Below the pieces are notes generated by a model. The model was not told the origin of the DNA, did not search any database, and saw only the letters and a program-made list of their open reading frames with translations. Below, in pieces: positions 35,601-44,065 of a stretch of DNA of 44,065 nt. A program made the position numbers and the translations under genes. The stretch is from positions 1 through 44,065 of the forward strand of contig UYFQ01000463.1 of assembly GCA_900617105.1 (NCBI GenBank), written 5' to 3'. The stretch comes from Hydrurus foetidus. Taxonomy: Eukaryota. Position 1 is the first letter of the stretch, and each line of letters opens with the position of its first letter.

Positions 35601-36019
35601 TAGAGTGGACTGATGTTGACATTATCTTTGAATGACGTCACACAACCACTTCCTAACCTAACTAAGTGTTCTAACCTGTGTCTACCTTCTTCTTTCATTT
35701 TCCTAACAGCGATATTCTGAAGGCTAGAGGATTATTCAACTCAGAAGAATCAGTCAAACAAAAATTGAACTCATCATCGAATTGCGGGAACCGGAAAGTT
35801 AGACGTAAGAATAACAGTAAGAGTTCCTTAAATTCAACTCAGCTGGAAGTGCTGATCGGATTTGCAGAAAGCGAAGTCTGGCCAGTGCTGGTCATCCATC
35901 GAATAGCAGAAGCTCTGACGACATTCTTTTCTACTCCATTCATTGATCCTAGTGGAGATCCTGGGAGTGGAAAATGTGAGCAATTACTAGCTATGTTGCA
36001 CCGCATCACGATTCTGTGA
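26672..36019 (+). CDS. Large multidomain protein: TPR + 7 RGATG/GGWPVY repeats + low-complexity linker + RLK/Pelle(IRAK)-like pseudokinase, 8 exons
   Basis: Frame-compatible GT-AG exons: start(26672 or 26741)-28020, 28143-29505, 29783-29905, 30405-31094, 31576-31691, 31975-35112, 35399-35599, 35710-36019. TPR: KILGNE...YLKGIAL...DPKFEKGYLR. Kinase-like: RELSLATDNFS, RELQVLSEFSHPNILSLYGY, WKMRLRV...LSYLH, TDFS. Confidence 0.8.
31203..31450. repeat. Intronic pentanucleotide satellite (TGTGA/TGTGG)n with higher-order TCATTTTA spacers
   Basis: Directly visible; TCATTTTATGTGG recurs four times. Confidence 0.9.
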
Positions 36020-36401
36020 ATTTTATTCGACAGTGCCGTGCAACGTTGACTAAGAATTGCTGTTCCAAATGCGCTGTTGCTAAGATTACTTCCGAATGAC
36101 CCTCATCTTACTTCAATACAATATACATAACATCTTTTATACATACAATACACCTTACTGGTCTACTTTTATCATCAAAAAAGAAATTGGAGATTATGTT
36201 ATGTCATGAGATAGGCCTCAGACTTAAGTGGCAGTTGCACACAGATTCGCGAGTTCTGCAGAGGCCTAGCTCTCCAACGGTGAGTAATCGCAGATAAAGT
36301 CGCAGCGATGTACATGCAACTACCGTGGATCGAGTGTAATCAGCAACCATTGAATGACAGAAGTCTTTTGGATAAAGAACAGCTGAAATCCCCTTTCGCT
36401 G

Positions 36402-36764
36402 TCATTTGTCCAGCCGGGGCTTTTTTTCAGCTTGTTGGCCAGCGCAGACGCTTGAAGATTTCTCTAATTCGTCTTTTATTGAAAGCGTCAAGAAATCATC
36501 ACATTCTCGTTTAGCCTCCTGCAAGGACGCAATGACGTTTCCAGTTGTGAGATTGTACCGCAGCTCAGGCAAAGATCCATGATCATGTCTACCAGCATAG
36601 CCAAACGATGTATTGCTATCGACAGCGTCAGGAGCAATCTTATTTATGTCGATGGCTGCGGCGTCAATGATTGAAATAACTTTCGTCTGGTCCACAGCAT
36701 TGAATTTGAATGATATTCTAATCGTTGAATTCTTTTCGCCAGCAGCTGCACCACCCTCTATCAT
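36402..36764 (-). CDS. Hypothetical 120-aa protein
   Basis: Intact ATG-to-stop ORF with protein-like composition, an amphipathic helix (VIASLQEAKRECDDFLTLSIKDE) and a C-terminal NLS-like KKPRLDK. Confidence 0.55.
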   Translation of the reverse strand: MIEGGAAAGEKNSTIRISFKFNAVDQTKVISIIDAAAIDINKIAPDAVDSNTSFGYAGRHDHGSLPELRYNLTTGNVIASLQEAKRECDDFLTLSIKDELEKSSSVCAGQQAEKKPRLDK

Positions 36765-37271
36765 GATCCTAGTACCGTCACTTCGTTTACTGAAGCAAAG
36801 TCAGCGCCACGCCGGCGCTCTAACCTAGTTGCTACAGTACTCACTGGGAAATGTGCCACTTTCACGAATATTTTAGGTACATTTTGTTGGATATTGCGTG
36901 TGTAGGGCTGGTGTGAATAGAGAGGTGTACTTACGTACGTTACTTTCAGGCCTGAAAGTAACGCACTACACTTTGAATGTGTGATTCGATATGCGTATAT
37001 ATATAAGTTAGTTAGTGTTGCGAACACTAAGGCTACAATTCATGGCAACGGTAAAAGACCATACCCTACAGTATCACGGGACGTTTTAACCGTAAAAAGA
37101 AGTTTCATGGGCGATTCGTGATAAATTCTGACCCGATGCGGAATCGTATTTTCAAATTTTATCCTCGAAAAATAAGATTATCCCGGCAACAAATTCAATC
37201 ATGCCCGATAGGAAATTGAGGCGACGTTGCACATTTCAAATCACTTTGAGGGCGCAGAACACTTCTCTAAG

Positions 37272-37775
37272 ATGGCTGACGACGCAGCAACTAGAATGAG
37301 TAGGGCTACACGAGCTCTGGGGGAAACTTACACCCTCCTCCTACTTCTCACCTGGAACGACATTGTCACCAACGGTGGGAAGCAGAGCGTTCATCAAATC
37401 GAGCAATCAATCAAAGTTCGGGCAATAGATTGGGTTAGAGAATTATTTGAGAGCTACACGTATATACCGATCAAAGATGCGTCTAGTGCATCACTTACGA
37501 GTCAGATCGAGAAGGACACGTGTGTCCAAATGGTGAGGAAAGCGAAAGAAGCTGTGGCCTTCATCGTCAACGTCCTCAATCCTGCATGGAAGGATCCTGT
37601 GGCGTACGCATCCGGCACCCAAATTGGGGATGCTCTCATAGTTTGTAGGCAAGCGGCTTGGCAACGCAATGAAGAGGAAAAGAAGAAGCAAGCCGGAAAG
37701 AAGAACATAGACTATGAGCTGCGTTCATTTGATCCTCAATGGAAAATTAAAGAGTGGCTTGCATTTCGCTACGTT
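37272..37775 (+). pseudogene. Harbinger second (accessory, putatively DNA-binding) ORF, truncated
   Basis: Convergent ORF inside the TIRs (SGTQ motif, WKIKEWLAFR); beyond about 37775 it merely reads antisense through the transposase. Confidence 0.6.
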
Positions 37776-38517
37776 GGTGGTGATCAACAGTGCAAGAATA
37801 AGCAAGGGTTGGATATCCTTCCTTACCAGAACACAGCTGAGCTAAGCCTACTGGGCATCTATCCCACTTCAGATGGACGCAATCGGTTGACCCAATGCAA
37901 CCCGGCAATCCCATTAACTCGAATACTTTCATTACTTTGTACAGCTTCTCGCCAGTCGGGCGATAGACGTATGTACTGTAGAATTCTCCGACAAAATTTT
38001 CACAGAAAGTGTGAAATGACCTCCTCGCCGTAGTTTCGCCCATCAGAGTAGCCTCTGCAATATCGTCAAAGTTCCAATTTCTACCCAGAATTCTCAGCAC
38101 CGCTAGAAGTTTGATTTCAATAGGGCACACACTCCGATTAGCGATATCTGTCTCCCTCAGAGAGTTTTCACCAAAAATTTTCTTTTCGATGCATTTTGTT
38201 ACCAAACTGCAGAATACACTGTATGGCACCCTAAACCTGCGTCTGAATAGTTTCCCATCTCGAGATTCAATCGATGGTCCGCCATCAACTGATGCCAGAT
38301 GTACCAGAAGTCGACCCCATGGCGAACTCCAGTAGTCTATAAAGTTGGGTCTAACGACACATGGAGGACTGCGCCGCTGCCTCACTTTCAGTTTAGCCCG
38401 CCTCCTCAATATCCTCCTTATTGCCGCCAATCTGCGAATCTGATGGTACCAATCCTTGCTGGAATAGATCATCTCGCATAGAAATATGACGGGAAAACTA
38501 CTGTCGAGTAGGGACAA
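37765..38517 (-). pseudogene. Harbinger/PIF DDE transposase, C-terminally truncated
   Basis: FRRRFRVP, LRILGR..FDDIAE, GLPGCIGSTDCVH..WDRCP, GKEGYPTLAY..VDH; ends before the second and third catalytic residues. Confidence 0.9.
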
Positions 38518-38873
38518 ATGATTTAACTGTTTGATGGAGGTTTGACTAACGGTCGCTGAAAGAAGCAGAGTTGATTTTCGAATTTTCAGAATTTCAAATT
38601 TTTACACCCATTTTATACCGTAAAACCATGAAACAACTCAAAATAAACTTCCGTTATAAAACGCACGTGGTACTTACGCGCACAAGCTATCACGCTGCCA
38701 TGAATTGTAGCCTAAGCTTCGTGCACGGTGAACAGGGACGCCGCGCACAAGTTTTAATAACAAGTACTTGACTATCACCTAGTTATTTTACGAGCCTCGG
38801 AACGTTCCCGTACGCATTACAGCTATGAGAACCGTGGATTTCTGACATATTAAAACTTGAGGACTGCAAAGTG

Positions 38874-41800
38874 ATGCCGCCCGAATGCGCTGCAGAAGGA
38901 AAGGATTCAACACCAGAATGCATGCTCCGCATAGGAAAATTCAACAACATCGTAGCGTGGAATCTTGAAATGAGCACGTCCGTGGGGGCCGTGTATGGAC
39001 TCACTGCCAACTTCCTGCTGACAAACATCAGATATATACCACCACTGCCTCGCAACGAGGATTTCACACTGGTGTATCCGGTACCCGCGGAGGGGGACCG
39101 GAGGCTGTGGCGGTCACCGCAGCACTTACTGCAAAACTCAAAGAAACGGTATTTACTACCCGTATGAAGTCAATCATACAAGCGAGGGATGACGAGGCCA
39201 AAATCTGGTTTCTAATGTGGCAAAAGATGTCACCCGCGTCGCGCTGCAAAGTGCAGGAACAAGCCGAATACGCGGCAGCGCACGTCAGAAAGGACTGCGT
39301 TATCCTGTGGGACCTCATCAGACGCACCCACCTAACCCACATAAACGGCGAAGGAGACCACCTACAACTGCTCAACGTAAAAGAGCAGGAATGCAGATAC
39401 GAGATCCTCAGGCAAGGTGAAAGAGAACATCTATCTAACTTCATGATTAGATTTGAAGCGCAGGTCATGGCCTGCAGAGGGGCCGGTGTACCGGAAATCA
39501 CCGAGTCCAAGCGAGCGATGGACTTCGTGTACAAACTTGACAAGGCAAGATACGGCGGCATGGTGGGAGACATGCGCAACGCTGCCAACAGACTGGAGCC
39601 AAACGCATATCCTTCGACGGTCATCGCCGCTGTCCGCATTGCAACCGGATACGTGACGAACGACCCAGGGTTCTCACGGCCACCCGGCATAGATACCGAT
39701 ACCCACACTGCTCTTGTAACAGACACAGACCCAACCGGAAAGACTGACGACGTCAAGCAGGCCGGAAAAAGTAAACCGGACGTGAAGAAGAAAGCCAAGT
39801 CCACTGTGGAATGCTTCGTGTGTGGGAAGATGGGCCACTACGCCAGGGACTGTAGGAAGAAGAAGGGCAGCGAGAAAGCGCTTGTGACATCTGGGTCGTC
39901 CGACAGCGACGATGGGGAAGACGATCTTGAGGAAGAGGATGTGGCATACGTTACAACCTTGGAAAGGGTACTGTTCTCACGGGACGACGTACTCCTGGAC
40001 AGTCAGGCGTCGGTAAACGTGTTCTGCAATCGAGAACTGCTTGACAACGTGAGACAATCGGAGACGAGAGTTGTGCTGAACGGGGTTCAAGCCAAAGCGT
40101 CTGGAGTTGCTATAGACCAGGAAGGGGACTTCCTAGACGTGGGGAAATGCTACTTCAGCAGAGAGGCCACAGCGAACATCCTATCGTACGCCGTAATGGT
40201 CGACGCGGGCAACGACGTGAGCTATGACAAGGCCAACGACCGCTTCATACTCAAACCGGCTGGGAGCCGGAGAGTGTACTCGTTCTGCAGGAAGAACGTC
40301 AGTGGAAGCGAAGGAAGGTTCTACTGCTGTCATGTGAAGACAATGGTTCAGGAAGAGCCTACGACGTATCCTGAGTCGACAGATCATGCGATGATAGAAA
40401 CTGTCGACAGCAACATGATGAAATACACTAAGCGCGAGATCGCTGGTGCAGATAGAGCACGGCTGCTGTTGGCGAAGATGGGATTCCCGTCCGTGAGAAA
40501 CGCGATCGACATCGCAACTCGTGGCACCAATTTCGACGTTACAGCTAGGGACTTCGCCATAGCTGAGGATATCTACGGGAAGGACATCGCAACGATGAAA
40601 GGTAAAACAAAGAAGCGTGTGTCGATATGTGCCGACATAACTGTGGGTGCAGCTGTGGTGCAAGTGGAGCAGATCCTATCAATAGATGTGATGTTTGTGG
40701 ACGGCGTGCCGTCTCTAATAGGACTGGCAATGCCGCTGGACCTAACCATGGCAGTTACTCTGTCGGCATTCGACTCAGCTCAGGGTCCGAGGTCAGCGGC
40801 CGTCGTCAAGAAAGGAATAGACAGATTCGTTGCGACGCTCGCATCGAGAAACTTCATCACAAGGATGATAATGAGTGACGGGGAGGATGCAGTGGGTAAG
40901 ATCAAGGAGGACCTCAACATGCTGGGTATAGAAGTCGACATCTCTGGAGCGGGAGGTCATGTGGCGAGAATAGAGCGGAAGATACAGACGGTAAAGGAAC
41001 GGCTGCGAGCGTACATCGCTCACCAATTACCATTCACTCTAACTTACCTGGGCGTGGCAATGTTAGTACTCTTCTGTGTCTCTAGTTTGAATTATCAAGT
41101 GTCTTCAATTAGCGGATCAGGAGAAAGTCCGCGAGTGACGTTCTCCGGCAGACAGACGGATGGTAAGATGGACTTCAGGGCAGGATTCGGGGAATACGCC
41201 CAATGCACCGTGCCAAACACCAACAACTCCATGGAACCGAGGACGGAAGACTGCATCGTTATGCTGCCCACAGGGAACAGGACGGGATCAGTTAAAATGA
41301 TGTCGATCAATACCGGTAAGTTGATCACGAGAGATCAATTCAAAATACTGCCGATGCCGTCATATGCTATCACAAGGCTGAACGAGATGGCGATGGCTGA
41401 GGGGAAGAAACTGCTGCGCGGATCCAAAATGTTGTACGAAGTTGAAGGAGGGTTGCGAAGAACCGAAGAACCTACGTACATACGCGGTTAACCTGGACCC
41501 AGTACTCACGGCCAACCCGTACACCCAGCTAGACCTGGATGAAGGCGAGAGAGAAGAGTACCAATTCGATCCAGCGATGGTGAACGACATCATGGGATAC
41601 CCTGAAGACTACGACGCCCCGATAGTGCAGGGCGGAGAATTCAATATGGAAGACTTGGATGTCGGTGAGCTCCAGGAGTTCGGACCGGCTGCACCCGAAG
41701 TACACCAGCATGGTGACGCATCCGTGCCGGTCACCCCACCAGGAAACGTACAGACACCTGTCTACACGGCTGTACCAACGGGATTCGACATGGGAATGGG

Positions 41801-43492
41801 AGCAAATCTCGCACAGACATACGGTGACCATGACGTGGCGCTGTACGCTGATCGTACGTACAGAAGTGGAGGCGTGTCCGAGGAACGTGCAATGAACATC
41901 ACGGTGAAAGAAGCACTCAAGAGTAGGGGTGACGAAGCGAAGAGAGTGATCAAGAAGAAATTGAAGCAGATGCTCGACAAACGAGTGTGGGCTCCGGTGC
42001 AGGTGTCCTCGCTAAGTGCGACAGAGAAGAGAAGCATCATCCGGTCGCAAATGTTCCTCAAGGAGAAGTACCTCCCCACGGGGAAGTTCGAAAAGCTCAA
42101 AGCCAGACTGGTGGCCGGGGGCAACCAGCAGGACAAGAACCTATACGATGACATCTCGTCTCCTACGGTGTCGACTAGTGCGGTCATGACAGTATTCGCG
42201 GTAGCGGCGTTTGAGAACAGGAAAGGCAGCGTGATGGACATTGGGGGTGCTTTCCTAAATGCAAAGATGGGAAAGGTGATTGTGCATATGAGACTAGACC
42301 CGACAATGTCGGCCATACTGGTTGAGCTAGATGAAACGTACGGTACGTACACAGACAGTAAGGGATGTACGGTGGTACGACTTGAGAAAGCGCTGTACGG
42401 GTGCGTAGAATCCGCAGCACTATGGTATAACAACTTATCTGCATCGCTCATGGAAGCCGGGTTCGAGAAGAACCAATACGAGATATGTGTATACAATAAG
42501 AGGAATGCGAACGGAGTGCAATGCACAGTGGCTGTTCACGTTGACGACCTCATCATCACAAGCGAAAGCGACGAAATGATCTCGGACCTAAAGGGATTAT
42601 GAAAAATAGGTATGGGGAAATAACGTCTGCGGACGGACCCGTGCTTAATTATCTTGGTATGGTATTTGATCTATCCATTCGAGGACAAGTTAAAATGACT
42701 ATGCAGGGATACGTCGAGGACACCATAGCGTATAGCGGGATCGTTGGACATTCCAAGAGCCCTGCCACCAGTGGACTGTTCGACACCAGAGATGGTGCGG
42801 TACTGGTGCCAGAGACGCAGAGATCATGGTTCCATAGTGTGGTGGCCAAACTTGCGTATCTGGCGAAGCGTGCGAGACCCGAGTGCCTTACCGCTGTCGC
42901 GTTCCTTGCGACGCGGGTGACGAAGTGCACCGTGGATGACATCGAGAAGCTGAAGCGGGTGGTACAATACATCGCGTACACGAGGGAAAGGGGAGTGATA
43001 CTTAGACCCGGGAAAATGGGGGTGTGCGTACGGCTGTACTTGGACGCTGCATACGGAGTGCACGGCGACGGCAAGTCACACACGGGGAGCTGTGTCGTGG
43101 TAGGAGACGTTGGGGCTGTCCACTGCAAATCGTGCAAGCAGAGCATAGTGACCAAGTCGAGCACGGAAACAGAGCTGATCGCCCTATCGGATTCAGCGAA
43201 TCAAGGGCTGTACATTCGGAACTTCCTGCTGGCGCAGGGACACAGGGTACCGCCAATTACGGTATAACAAGACAACAAATCCTGTATGGCTCTCATGGAG
43301 AGAGGGAGATCTGGAGCGGAGAGAACTCGACATATCTCCATCACGTACTTCTGGCTGCGAGAGCGAGTGGAGATGAAAGAGGCGACCGTGGTGCATAAGG
43401 GGACCAAAGAGATGTACGCGAACGTACTGACCAAGCCGTTGCAAGGGTCGCAGTTCGTGTATGAGAGAGAATGTTTGACAGGGTGGAAGTGA
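38874..43492 (+). pseudogene. copia 2 gag-pol with three frameshifts and one nonsense codon
   Basis: CFVCGKMGHYARDC, LLDSQAS, IDVMF/SDGE/IERKI, KARLVAGG, DIGGAFLNA, KALYG, HVDDL, SSTETE, QDNKS, LTKPLQG. Breaks near 39110, 41450, 42600 and TAA at 43265-43267. Confidence 0.95.
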
Positions 43493-43573
43493 TGCGATAT
43501 GTTACTTACATTTACCATGCGTGATATATACTATTTGGATAAGATGTGTGAGATAGCACCAGTCCTAGGGGTG

Positions 43574-43851
43574 TGTTGGATATTGCGTTCGTAGGGCTGG
43601 TGTTAGTAGAGAGGTGTACTTACGTGCGTTACTTTCAGGCCTGAAAGTAACGCACTACACTTTGAATGTATGATTCGATATGCGTATATATATAAGTTAG
43701 TTAGTGTTGCGAACACTAAGCTTCGTGCACGGTGAACAGGGACGCCGCGCACAAGTTTTAACAACAAGTACTTGACTATCACCTACTTATTTTACGAGCC
43801 TCGGAACGTTCCCGTACGCATTACAGCTACGAGAACCGTGGATTTCTGACA
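43574..43851 (+). repeat. 3' LTR of copia 2
   Basis: Intact copy; TATA-like tatatatataag at 43685-43696. Confidence 0.95.
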
Positions 43852-43897
43852 CATTTTGTGTGAGGCCATTCCTTGTGGGTGAACAAAATTCAAAGTA

Positions 43898-44065
43898 CAA
43901 AGTTGCTCAGCTCGGACGAACGAACATTCGTTCGTCCAAACATGAACGAGGACGAACGATGAACGACCAATAACGGTTTATTTCGTTCGTTCATGTGAGG
44001 ATGAACGGTAGAAACGAAAACTGTAAAAATCATTCACGAACGAACGAAACATGAACAGAATATGA
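43898..44065 (+). mobile_element. Terminus of another ATGAACG-repeat element (continues beyond the window)
   Basis: gttgctca...atgaacgaggacgaacgatgaac...aaaaatcattca-gaacgaacg matches the reverse complement of 4540-4727 plus 18160-18175. Confidence 0.65.

Larger units (their letters stand above)
37031..38712. mobile_element. PIF/Harbinger DNA transposon, internally deleted
   Basis: 17-bp perfect TIR GGCTACAATTCATGGCA, TAA TSD (37028-37030 and 38713-38715), two convergent ORFs. Confidence 0.93.
36885..38847 (+). repeat. 5' LTR of copia 2, split (36885-37030 + 38716-38847) by Harbinger
   Basis: The two halves sum to 278 bp and join to match 43574-43851. Confidence 0.93.
36885..43851 (+). mobile_element. 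Ty1/copia LTR retrotransposon 2
   Basis: 278-bp LTRs TGTTGG...CTGACA with about 9 mismatches, TSD CATTT (36880-36884 and 43852-43856), TAGGGGTG before the 3' LTR, full gag-pol. Confidence 0.96.

Noticed and set aside
37775..38033. C-terminal part of the 268-aa ORF as a real overlapping gene
   Set aside because: Antisense read-through of the transposase after the deletion junction.
39064..43518. Long minus-strand ORFs opposite copia 2 pol (246, 254, 171 aa)
   Set aside because: Antisense shadows of the coding strand; no motifs.

Overview
Eukaryotic genomic DNA (GT-AG spliceosomal introns). A stramenopile such as a chrysophyte/ochrophyte is my guess from the retroelement and gene style; that is inference only. 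Bases 1-18260 are a deeply nested transposon pile. It holds a pogo-like remnant and an ATGAACG-repeat element. Inside the latter sit a Kolobok-like element (388-bp TIRs, THAP-DDE plus KolX/P2X7-ballast-like gene) and a hAT element. The hAT holds a TTAA element and a Ty1/copia, and the copia holds a young chromodomain Ty3/Gypsy. Bases 18.4-36.8 kb carry host genes: a frameshifted Methyltransf_22-like gene, a 4-exon two-repeat MYB, an 8-exon TPR + 7x novel repeat + RLK/Pelle-like pseudokinase gene, and a small hypothetical ORF. Bases 36885-43851 are a second copia whose 5' LTR is split by a PIF/Harbinger element. Four signals stand out: (1) the second copia has no tRNA-type PBS, and its PBS position is the exact reverse complement of 12 nt inside its own LTR, suggesting Tf1-like self-priming in a copia; (2) the Gypsy keeps one 1260-aa ORF although RT and integrase catalytic cores are removed in frame; (3) the Kolobok-like derivative has identical TIR promoters and tail-to-tail fused genes; (4) a one-sided LTR conversion copied 3' flank into the 5' end of the first copia. 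All calls were made by eye, without database searches.
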